Source: a bacterium
Lineage (GTDB): Bacteria; Verrucomicrobiota; Verrucomicrobiia; Chthoniobacterales; Terrimicrobiaceae
Direction: 5' to 3'
DNA length: 64,000 nucleotides
Assembly (NCBI GenBank): GCA_037147075.1
Contig: JBAWVX010000001.1
Coordinates: 8,917 to 72,916, forward strand
The notes beneath the pieces were generated by a model, which was not told the DNA's origin, did no database searches, and saw only the letters and a list, made by a program, of their open reading frames with translations. Of the stretch, positions 21,127 through 29,015 are shown one piece after another; position 1 is the first letter of the stretch; every line of letters starts with the position of its first letter. The position numbers were made by a program, and so were the translations under genes.

Positions 21127-22333
21127 AGGCAGGGTCATCAAAAGTTCCCAATTCGCGGGCAAGTTTCTCGAAAATCTCAAGCACACGGTCGAGGTCGTCA
21201 TCCGTGTGGGTGGCCATGAAGCTGGTGCGAACGATGGCCTCGCCATAGCGCACGGCGGGGTAGATTGCGGGAGTGGCGAAGACGCCCTCCTCGAAGAGTC
21301 GTTGGGTGAAAACGAATGCCTTCGCCTCGCTGCCAATGAGGATTGGCACGATGGGCGTCTTGGTTTCGCCGATATTGAATCCGATGCGCTTGAAGCCCTC
21401 GTGCATCTTGCGGGTATTCCGCCATAGCTGCTCGATGCGCCACTCCTCCTCTTGCATGAGCTGGAGGGCTTTTTTGACACCACCCACGACGGCTGGAGCG
21501 AGGGCTGCGGTAAAAATCAAACACCGGGCGCGGTGTTTCAGATACTCGACCATCTGGGCATTGCCCGCGATGAAGCCCCCCATGGATCCGAGGGATTTCG
21601 AGAAGGTTCCCATGGTGATGTCCACCTGGTCTTGGAGGCCGAAATGATCCGATGTGCCGCGGCCTTGGCGACCGAGCACGCCGAGCGAGTGGGCCTCGTC
21701 CACATACACAAAAGCCCCGTGTCGCTTAGCGGTCGGGACGATTTCCGGCAGGTTCGCGATGTCTCCCGACATGCTGAAAACGCCGTCCAAGATCACCAGA
21801 CGGCCCGACTCCTCCGGCAGGCGTTTCAGGCGGTTCTCGAGTGAGGTCGCTGAGTTGTGACGAAAGGGGATGAGCTTTGCCGGCGCAAATTGGCATCCAT
21901 CGATAATGCTCGCGTGGTTCTCGCGGTCGCAGAGGATTGAATCCCCCTCCTCCGTGAGAGCGATGAGGGCGCCCTGGTTCGCAAAAAATCCGGTGGAGAA
22001 AAGAATTGCCGCCTCGCAGCCGAGGAAATCCGCCAGTGCCTCCTCAAGTTCCACATGCAGCTTGATGGTTCCATTCAGGAGCCTCGACCCCGTGCACCCG
22101 GCGCCGTAGAGCCGGGTCGCCTCGCAGGCGGCTTCCACCACGCGGGGATCCTGGGCCAGTCCAAGATAGTTGTTCGAGCCGATCATGATTTTGCGATCTC
22201 CGTCGCAAATGACATAATTCCCATGGGGCTCTTCGATGGACCGGAAGTAAGGATAGAAACCCTGAGCGCGCGCATCCGCGCTGTCCCTGTAGTCCCTGCA
22301 TTTCTGAAAGAGGTCTCTCGGTCCGTTAGCCAT
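20993..22333 (-). CDS. PLP-dependent alpha-oxoamine synthase, serine palmitoyltransferase-like
   Basis: FRHNSATSLENRLKRLPEESGRLVILDGVFSMSGDIANL, VDEAHSLGVLGRQGRG and PLP-lysine block GTFSKSLGSMGGF. The block pattern is closest to bacterial Spt as I remember it, but KBL or BioF cannot be excluded. ATG 22333; GTG 22360 also possible. Confidence 0.85.
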   Translation of the reverse strand: MANGPRDLFQKCRDYRDSADARAQGFYPYFRSIEEPHGNYVICDGDRKIMIGSNNYLGLAQDPRVVEAACEATRLYGAGCTGSRLLNGTIKLHVELEEALADFLGCEAAILFSTGFFANQGALIALTEEGDSILCDRENHASIIDGCQFAPAKLIPFRHNSATSLENRLKRLPEESGRLVILDGVFSMSGDIANLPEIVPTAKRHGAFVYVDEAHSLGVLGRQGRGTSDHFGLQDQVDITMGTFSKSLGSMGGFIAGNAQMVEYLKHRARCLIFTAALAPAVVGGVKKALQLMQEEEWRIEQLWRNTRKMHEGFKRIGFNIGETKTPIVPILIGSEAKAFVFTQRLFEEGVFATPAIYPAVRYGEAIVRTSFMATHTDDDLDRVLEIFEKLARELGTFDDPAYVNPGRRKNIFDFRLPDSVSEDAVRENGGDHSQNGSGLRAAVSR

Positions 22334-22454
22334 CAATTTGAACGTTGTGAAGCTTTGCACCTGCGTGGGAGAAGTAAATCATTTTCCCGTATCGTCAGGA
22401 GTGTCGAAACATTACGCTGCCTGCGGTTTCTCAGGTGCGAAAACTTCGTCTTGG

Positions 22455-23828
22455 TCATTTCAACGCATAAGAGCGCCCTCTTTCCGGAACGATCACCTCC
22501 GTCCCGCCAAGCTCACGGAAAAGTGACAACTGGAACCAGTCCAAAGCGGGGCGGTCACCATGAACGAGAATGATTTTCGAGGGGCGCAGAAGGATCGCAT
22601 AATTGCGAAGGGTTTCGCGGTTGGCATGTGCGCTGAAGCTGAACTCCCTCACATCACAACGCAACGGCACAGCCGGATGGTCCTTATCCAGCATGATCAC
22701 ATCTCCCGTAGAAGCTTTGCGGATGCGGCCTGATGGAGAGTCGGGATCGGAATAACCCACAAAAAACAAATGCTGCGAGGCGTCACCGAGAATTCGCCGC
22801 GCGAAAATATTCGAAAGCGTGTGCTCGCTCATCATGCCGCTGGATAGGGCATAAATCGCTTTCTTGCGTGGTTGGACGTTCAAAATTTCTCGCCCCGAAA
22901 GCACATAGGGGGCCAATTCCTGGAGGAGCTGCAACTCAGGGTGGTTGCGGACCGAGGTCTCAGCCATGGCATCGTAGGCTGTCGTCACCTTTACGCTCAG
23001 ACCTCCCACGTAGATCGGAATGCTCCCAATCTCGCCCCTTAGGCGCATCTGCCACAGCAGGGCCAGGATTTCCTGGGTCTTGCCAAGGGCGAAGACGGGA
23101 ATCGTGACTGTTCCCCCATCGGCGAGAACCTCTCGAACCGCCTGGGAGAAGCGTTCCTCTTCGTTGGCTCTGGAGAAACCCACCGGCGTCGGCGAGTCGC
23201 CCCGGGTGGTCTCCATGAGGAGGTAGTCGACGCCATCCTCAGGGAAGTCCGCGCCGCTCATGATCGTTTGGTTTTCAAAATTCACATCCCCCGTGTAGAA
23301 AAACGACCGCCCCTCGTATCGGATCAGCACGCCGACCGAACCGAGGATGTGTCCGGAGTGGTAGAATTCAAAGGTGACCTCGTGGTCATCGTTGCTGGCA
23401 TCACCGGCAAGATTCAGTCGTTGTCGCAGTCGGCAACGCACCCAGGCTTGTTGGCATAAATCGACTCCACGGTGGGTGTAGAGCGGGTATTCCATGAGCT
23501 GAAGCTCCTCGCGTTGGCGGGTCATCACGTTCACCGAATTGTGCAGCATGATGTCCGCAATGTTGGCCGTAGCCTCAGTCAGGAAAACAGCGCACTGCGG
23601 CTCGCGTCGCGTGAGAACTGGAAGCGAGCCAATGTGGTCTTGGTGGGCATGTGTGATGATGATGGCATCCACAGTGCCTTGAGGGATGGCATCAAAACAT
23701 GGAGTCGAACCGAGCCCATCGACTTTGGGGTCAGCCCCCGCATCGAGGATAATGTTTTTGCCACCGACTCGAAGCCAGTAGCTATTCGACCCTATACCTA
23801 GGTGTCTGGTGAGGTTGACGAAATCCAT
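22455..23828 (-). CDS. MBL-fold metallo-hydrolase of the beta-CASP type
   Basis: 457 aa with IIITHAHQDHIGSLP (HxHxDH) motif. The later HSGHILGS, ETTRG and FSAHA blocks resemble beta-CASP RNA/DNA-processing nucleases. Confidence 0.8.
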   Translation of the reverse strand: MDFVNLTRHLGIGSNSYWLRVGGKNIILDAGADPKVDGLGSTPCFDAIPQGTVDAIIITHAHQDHIGSLPVLTRREPQCAVFLTEATANIADIMLHNSVNVMTRQREELQLMEYPLYTHRGVDLCQQAWVRCRLRQRLNLAGDASNDDHEVTFEFYHSGHILGSVGVLIRYEGRSFFYTGDVNFENQTIMSGADFPEDGVDYLLMETTRGDSPTPVGFSRANEEERFSQAVREVLADGGTVTIPVFALGKTQEILALLWQMRLRGEIGSIPIYVGGLSVKVTTAYDAMAETSVRNHPELQLLQELAPYVLSGREILNVQPRKKAIYALSSGMMSEHTLSNIFARRILGDASQHLFFVGYSDPDSPSGRIRKASTGDVIMLDKDHPAVPLRCDVREFSFSAHANRETLRNYAILLRPSKIILVHGDRPALDWFQLSLFRELGGTEVIVPERGRSYALK

Positions 23829-23886
23829 GCCTCTTCAGGGTGGGGGAGTCAGGCAAGTTCCTCAATGCAAAAAAATCAACGACTGA

Positions 23887-24300
23887 CTACAAGCGACCTT
23901 CGTCCGCGTCGATGTAATCGAACATCGTCTGGATATCGTTGCGGTCCGCTAAGCCGCTTTCGATTTTTCGGCTGGCAAGCCTTTCGCTGAGGTCATCGTT
24001 CCAACCTCGTTTGGTCATGAAACTGTTCCAGATTTCAATTTGTTCCTCCGTCGGGCGTTGGCCTTTCTGAAAGCACCACCCGAGCAGATCCTCATCGGAA
24101 TCTCCCGCCAAGACCCGCTTTTTCAAATCCGAGTAATTCACCGAGAGAAATGAGGTTATCCGCACATCGAAGCCTTGGCCGAGATTTGCATGCAAGTCGG
24201 CGTGCAATTCCCCCGACGCCATGAGGCGAATCTTATCCACCATTCGCCCAAAATAAACGATTCCGCCGACATGTTCCCTGGGAGATCGAGGATATTTCAT
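23887..24300 (-). CDS. DUF5069-like small protein
   Basis: MKYPRSPREHVGGIVYFGRMVDKIRL.. resembles the DUF5069 family as I recall it. The ORF is open to ATG 24312. Confidence 0.65.
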   Translation of the reverse strand: MKYPRSPREHVGGIVYFGRMVDKIRLMASGELHADLHANLGQGFDVRITSFLSVNYSDLKKRVLAGDSDEDLLGWCFQKGQRPTEEQIEIWNSFMTKRGWNDDLSERLASRKIESGLADRNDIQTMFDYIDADEGRL

Positions 24301-24550
24301 ATTGCCCCCCATGGTGTCAGCTTAGCACCGTCTCGGAAAGACGAAAGTGGACCGCTTTGAAATGTTGAAGCCCGTCGCAACGAATGTTGCAACGGGCTTC
24401 TGTTCCCCCCAGAACAACCTCATAATAGTCGATCTCCAATTTCGCGCAACATTTTTTTCACGCGCGCCAAACAGCAAGCAGGATATTTTTCAAGCCATGG
24501 GAATCCGCTTTCAGCGTTTTTCGAGTCTCTCGCGGTGGAATTCCAAACTG

Positions 24551-24738
24551 TTTTTTGGACGAGAGATTTTTGGGCAGGATGTTTAGGATTACGAGGGTTG
24601 ATTGCCGCCAGTGTCGTGTTTGTGGCTGGGACGACTTGCAGAGAATGTTGCTCTATCAGATTGGAAAAAAGCAAAAATCCCACAAGCCTGCTTCCAGAGT
24701 TTTTTCCCTGCCCCATTCGCAGCGCGAATGCCTCCGTG
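24551..24738. repeat. 188-nt composite repeat, left copy (GACAGGATG-type head + 76-nt conserved tail)
   Basis: Head 24551-24598 is related to 25549-25596 and 26681-26728. Tail 24663-24738 matches 26792-26868 with one substitution and one T indel. Confidence 0.85.
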
Positions 24739-24812
24739 CCCTGCAAATATCCTCTGTGCTCTGTGTCCCCAGTGGTTAGACAAGATGCTGTTCTATAGAA
24801 CTATAAAACCTG

Positions 24813-25271
24813 TCAGTTACAAGCCTGTGTGGGAAACTGGGCCCAATCTTCGAATTCAAAAACTCCAAACACCGAGAAATCCATTGTGTTCGCCGTGGCG
24901 AGGCGCTCGATGCCACGCTCGTGGTAGGTGGCGGCGAGGTAGGTATCGAGAATGCGTTTGCGGCCGAGACAGAATTTTTCCATCCAGGTCCATGCCTGCT
25001 CCCAAGCGCGTCCACCGGGATGGCATTGAACGATCTCTGCGGACTCCCACCAGAAGCGGGATCTTTCCAAGGCCTGATTCATGGTCAGCGGCACCTTGAA
25101 ACGGCGCGGGTCAGTTGCCACATGCACAAATTCCTGCAGCACCTGTGGGGAAATTGCGAAGAGAACATGGCCTGACTGGCATGACGTGTGAATGAAGGCG
25201 CGGAGGGCTTCGTGGCCTGCTGCCTCCTTGATCTCGTGCGTTAGGAGCACCGTTGTGTCGAGTCCGATCAT
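24813..25271 (-). CDS. vapC: PIN-domain ribonuclease toxin (VapC-like)
   Basis: 152 aa. MIGLDTTVL (first acidic residue), QEF, ILDTYLAA and TANTMDF blocks are spaced as in PIN domains. The start overlaps the antitoxin stop by 4 nt. Confidence 0.8.
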   Translation of the reverse strand: MIGLDTTVLLTHEIKEAAGHEALRAFIHTSCQSGHVLFAISPQVLQEFVHVATDPRRFKVPLTMNQALERSRFWWESAEIVQCHPGGRAWEQAWTWMEKFCLGRKRILDTYLAATYHERGIERLATANTMDFSVFGVFEFEDWAQFPTQACN

Positions 25272-25507
25272 TGCCTGTCGAAAAAATCTTCCAACAAATC
25301 CTCACGCCCGGCCCAGGGGGTCAAAATCTGCCCCACGCTGGCTGCGGGGCCTGCCTCGGCGAGGGATGACTGTTTTTTGACAAGCGTTCTTCGATAAGCC
25401 TCCATGGCCTCGCGGATCAATTCGGAGGTCGAACGCCTCGCCTTGCGAGCTACTTTTTGAAACTCTCGGTAAACCGGATCATCTAAGTGAACTGTCACGG
25501 CTTTCAT
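25268..25507 (-). CDS. ribbon-helix-helix (CopG-like) antitoxin
   Basis: MKAVTVHLDDPVYREFQKVARKARRSTSELIREAMEAYRR is a typical RHH N-terminus. Immediately upstream of, and overlapping, vapC. ATG 25519 is an alternative start. Confidence 0.75.
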   Translation of the reverse strand: MKAVTVHLDDPVYREFQKVARKARRSTSELIREAMEAYRRTLVKKQSSLAEAGPAASVGQILTPWAGREDLLEDFFDRQ

Positions 25508-25548
25508 ATGTCGCAACATATGTCCATGTGTTATTTAACTCAACACGG

Positions 25549-25596
25549 TTTTTTTGACGGAAGATTTTTTGACAGGATGACAGGATGTTCCGGATT
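25549..25596. repeat. 48-nt GACAGGATG-type repeat head, middle copy
   Basis: TTTTTTTGACGGAAGATTTTTTGACAGGATGACAGGATGTTCCGGATT is 43/48 identical to 26681-26728. Lies 70 nt upstream of the rpn start. Confidence 0.85.
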
Positions 25597-25665
25597 GGTT
25601 GGGTTCCGGGGCCTTGAGCTATTTTCTGCTTTCCACACTTTGCGTTCCCGACTTTGTTTGTTTCC

Positions 25666-26679
25666 ATGCCCGATGGTCCGATCCACCAACCGCATGGCAA
25701 GCTCGTCAAGTCGACTTTTTCGGATCCCGACAATGCGCGTGGTTTTTTTCAAGCCCATCTTCCGGGCCAGCTTGCCGACCGTATTGAGTGGAGCACGCTG
25801 AGTTTGGTCAGTGGCAGTTTTATCGATCCGGAATTCTCCGCCAGTTCGAGCGACCTCCTTTTTAGCGCTCAAATCGATGACTGCCCCGCCTTCCTTTACA
25901 TCCTCTTCGAGCATCAAAATGCCGAGGACCCGCTCATCGGCCTTTGCCTGCTTGCCTATATGGTGCGCATCTGGAACGATCATCTGCGCAGCAATCCAGG
26001 CTCCGCAAAACTCCCGCCGATCGTGCCATTGGTGTTGGCCCAGGACAACAAACCTTGGAAAAGTTCCACACGCTTCGCCGACCTCATCGAGGCGCCCGCA
26101 GGGGTGGGGGAGGCGGTCGGCAAGCACATTCCCGACTTTGAGTTCCAGCTTGTGGAGTTGTTTCGCATGCCGTTCGAGAAGATTCTGGGCACGCCGATGG
26201 GGATCCTTGCGTTGCGCGCGTTGAAAGCCGAGAAGCTGCAAGCCCTGCTGGAAGACCCTGTGTGGGACGAGGGCTTGTTGATCCAGTTGCCAGCGGCCTC
26301 TTTTGAGATGCTGATGCGCTACATTCTCGACCGAGACCTTGACAAGCCCGCCTTTCGCAGGAAAATTCAAACTCTTAGCAACTCCAAACTGAGTCAAAAC
26401 GCCATGTCACTCGCCGAACAATTCCGTCAAGAAGGGCGCGAAGAAACGCGCTCACTCGCCGAACAATTTCGCCGGGAGGGGCGGCAAGAAGGTCGTCAAG
26501 AGGGGCTGATTTTTTCCAAGCAGCAGGACATTCTTGAGGCCTTGGAGATCCGCTTGGAGCGAGTTCCCGAGGGCTTGCGCGAGGCGGTCGAGGCGATCTC
26601 TGACTCCTCCAAACTCAGCCGCCTTCATCGGGCCGCCATTACCTGCGCGGACCTGGAGTCTTTCGCGGCCCAGCTCTGA
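25666..26679 (+). CDS. Rpn-family recombination-promoting nuclease / putative transposase (PD-(D/E)XK)
   Basis: MPDGPIHQPHGKLVKSTFSDPDNARGFFQAHLP..SDLLFSAQI..AFLYILFEHQNAEDP..LPPIVPLVLAQDNKPW matches the Rpn/YhgA-like pattern. C-terminal EQFRQEGR repeats are encoded by a 45-nt tandem duplication. Confidence 0.8.
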   Translation: MPDGPIHQPHGKLVKSTFSDPDNARGFFQAHLPGQLADRIEWSTLSLVSGSFIDPEFSASSSDLLFSAQIDDCPAFLYILFEHQNAEDPLIGLCLLAYMVRIWNDHLRSNPGSAKLPPIVPLVLAQDNKPWKSSTRFADLIEAPAGVGEAVGKHIPDFEFQLVELFRMPFEKILGTPMGILALRALKAEKLQALLEDPVWDEGLLIQLPAASFEMLMRYILDRDLDKPAFRRKIQTLSNSKLSQNAMSLAEQFRQEGREETRSLAEQFRREGRQEGRQEGLIFSKQQDILEALEIRLERVPEGLREAVEAISDSSKLSRLHRAAITCADLESFAAQL

Positions 26680-26680
26680 G

Positions 26681-26868
26681 GATTTTTGACGGAAGATTTT
26701 TGGACAGGATGAGAGGATGTTCCGGATGACCAGGAGGGAAAGTAACCACCTGGATGGGCACCGGTGATCCCAGCGAGCTGTGATTAGCAGAGGAAAAAAG
26801 CAAAAATCCCACAAGCCTGCTTCCAGAGTTTTTTTCCCTGCCCCATTCGCGGCGCGAATGCCTCCGTG
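26681..26868. repeat. 188-nt composite repeat, right copy
   Basis: Head 26681-26728 starts 2 nt after the rpn stop. Tail 26792-26868 is about 97% identical to 24663-24738. Confidence 0.85.
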
Positions 26869-27182
26869 TTTTGGTCTGTTGGTGTTGATTAGGATTTATA
26901 AAATCGTTCGAGCGGAAATTTTTCTCGGGGACCGCGCCCGCGCTTGGGCGCAGCCTGGTGCGCCCCGCGCCCGACATGGAGAGGTTTAGTCGCCTTCGGT
27001 CGCATTTTTTCGATTTGACCCGCGAGGGCGCGTGCCAGAACACCCGAGGGCGGGTGTGCTCCCCTGGACCATGTGCACAGTGCTGGAAGCAGTCGAGAGA
27101 AGGTTCAAAGCCTACGGGCTTTGGTATTACAGGAAAGGACTGGAGCGGTGGCGGGGATCGGCTCGATGGGGGTTCAAAAATC

Positions 27183-27896
27183 TCAGCGCAGGAGGCCGTA
27201 TTTCACGATGCAGCGGAGGGCGCTGAGACCGTCTTTCCAGCCGATTTTTTTGCCTTCGGCATAGGTGCGGCCGTGGTAGGAGATGGCGACCTCGTAGATG
27301 CGGGCACCGGTGCCGGCGAGCTTGGCAACGATCTCGGGTTCGATGCCGAAGCGGTTTTCCTCGATGGTGACGGATTGGATCAACTCACGCTTGAAAACTT
27401 TGTAGCAGGCCTCCATGTCGGTGAGGTTGAGATTGGTCGTCATGTTTGACAGGAGTGTGAGGAATTGATTTCCGAGCGAGTGCCAGAAATAGAGCACGCG
27501 GTGCTCGTGCGAGCCGATGAAGCGCGAGCCGAAGACGGCGTCCGCTTTGGCGCTTAAAATGGGCTTGAGCAGCGCGGCGTAGTCGGCGGGATCGTATTCG
27601 AGATCGGCATCCTGGATGAGGACGATGTCCGCAGAGGCTTTGCTGATGCCGGTTCGCAGGGCCGCACCTTTGCCTTGATTGCGCTCGTGGCGGTGGAGAT
27701 GGATTCGCGGATCAGACTCTGCAATTTTTGTCAAGACCTCGAACGTGCCATCTGTGGAACAATCATCCACCACCACGACTTCGGCCACGTCTCCTTGTTC
27801 GAGCACCAGCCGCAGAACGGCCTCCACGGTGGCCTTCTCATTGAAGACTGGCATGATCACAGAGACCTGGGGAGTGGCGGGCGGAGATGGGCTCAT
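27183..27896 (-). CDS. family 2 glycosyltransferase (polyprenyl-phosphate sugar synthase-like)
   Basis: 237 aa with VSVIMPVFNE, VVVVDDCSTDGT, NQGKGAALRTG and IQDADLEYDP (DxD) blocks. Confidence 0.88.
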   Translation of the reverse strand: MSPSPPATPQVSVIMPVFNEKATVEAVLRLVLEQGDVAEVVVVDDCSTDGTFEVLTKIAESDPRIHLHRHERNQGKGAALRTGISKASADIVLIQDADLEYDPADYAALLKPILSAKADAVFGSRFIGSHEHRVLYFWHSLGNQFLTLLSNMTTNLNLTDMEACYKVFKRELIQSVTIEENRFGIEPEIVAKLAGTGARIYEVAISYHGRTYAEGKKIGWKDGLSALRCIVKYGLLR

Positions 27897-28070
27897 AGGC
27901 CTTCAGCTTAGGCTTGCGGCGGACTCAGCAGAAATCCGATCCGATCGAATGTGACGAAATTGTCACAAAACTTTCTTTGGCTCTTCCGGGGCTTTTGTCG
28001 ATACAACCACCGACGGCATGAAGTCTCTGGCTCCATTCCGACATATACAACAACACATCTACTCAAAATC

Positions 28071-28973
28071 ATGATCAAACATAAACTCTCACTGTTTGCT
28101 TTGGTTGCCTTGGGCGTTGTGGCTTTTGCCACACCATCCCAAGCGGCCACTTACAGCGCAGGCGATCTCATCCTCGGTTTCCGGGTCACCGGCGGCACAG
28201 GTGCAGGGTCCGACTTGCTCGTTAACCTCGGTGCATCCACATCCTATCGTGACCTCAATGGCTCCAACCTTTGGAATATCACGAATATCGGAACTGACCT
28301 TGTTGCCACCTACGGCTCCAACTGGTATGATCGCACTGACCTCAGCTTCGGTATCGCGGGCGTCTACACCAATATTTCCGACGTAAATGGTGGAACGAAT
28401 AATAATGGTGATCCTGGCCAAACTCTCTACTTCACCAAATCCCGCACAGCTGCTGGAACTGTTGGTAGCGCGAGCAGCTCAGTCGCGAGCAACTACAGTA
28501 ATACAAACATGTCAACAGCCTCTGCGGGTATGCAGTCCCTCGGAGCCACCACATACGCTGGAGCAACGGCATCTTCTAACAATTCGAAGGTTGCCATTGT
28601 CTCTTCCTCAGGTGGAAGCAGCTGGACGACTTACACGAGCGGCGCATCTGACTTCGGCGTCATTTCAGGCGGTGTAGAGCAGGTCTTTGCTAGCGGAAGC
28701 TGGCAGGGTGGAACATTTGGTGCGGCCTCTAACGTGGAGGGGGCTTTGGACCTCTATCGCTATCTCCAGACAACCACTGGAGCCAGCCCATCAGGCACCG
28801 CAAAAACCGGTCTCTACCTTGGTTCTGTCGTGATTGATCAAACTGGTAACCTGAATGCGATCGTCAACTCCGCAGCTGTTCCTGAGCCATCCACATTTGC
28901 TATGGCAGGAATCGCCGCAATTGCGGCAGGCTTCGTTGCATACCGTCGCAAAAAAGTCTCCTCATCAAAATAA
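28071..28973 (+). CDS. PEP-CTERM sorting-domain secreted protein
   Basis: ATG 28071 gives signal peptide MIKHKLSLFALVALGVVAFATPSQA. The C-terminus VPEPSTFAMAGIAAIAAGFVAYRRKK has the PEP motif, a TM helix and a basic tail. Confidence 0.9.
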   Translation: MIKHKLSLFALVALGVVAFATPSQAATYSAGDLILGFRVTGGTGAGSDLLVNLGASTSYRDLNGSNLWNITNIGTDLVATYGSNWYDRTDLSFGIAGVYTNISDVNGGTNNNGDPGQTLYFTKSRTAAGTVGSASSSVASNYSNTNMSTASAGMQSLGATTYAGATASSNNSKVAIVSSSGGSSWTTYTSGASDFGVISGGVEQVFASGSWQGGTFGAASNVEGALDLYRYLQTTTGASPSGTAKTGLYLGSVVIDQTGNLNAIVNSAAVPEPSTFAMAGIAAIAAGFVAYRRKKVSSSK

Positions 28974-29015
28974 ACCTACCATTATAAACTAAACTTAAAA
29001 AATAAATCTAATAAT

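Larger units (their letters stand above)
24551..26868. mobile_element. candidate accessory islet: vapBC + rpn bracketed by 188-nt composite direct repeats
   Basis: Same-orientation composite repeats at both ends. Cargo is a toxin-antitoxin pair and an Rpn (PD-(D/E)XK, transposase-like) gene. No integrase or inverted repeats were seen. Confidence 0.4.

Noticed and set aside
25666-26679. rpn as a classical IS element
   Set aside because: No terminal inverted repeats or target-site duplication were seen. The flanking repeats are direct, and Rpn proteins are not proven autonomous transposases. It is reported only as a candidate islet.
27023-27056. Direct 12-mers CGAGGGCGCGTG / CGAGGGCGGGTG spaced 22 nt apart, plus nearby GC-rich palindrome GGCGCAGCCTGGTGCGCC (26947-26964)
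   Set aside because: These are short GC-rich matches in a GC-rich spacer downstream of two genes. There is no positional link to a start codon, so they could easily be chance or part of a dispersed repeat.
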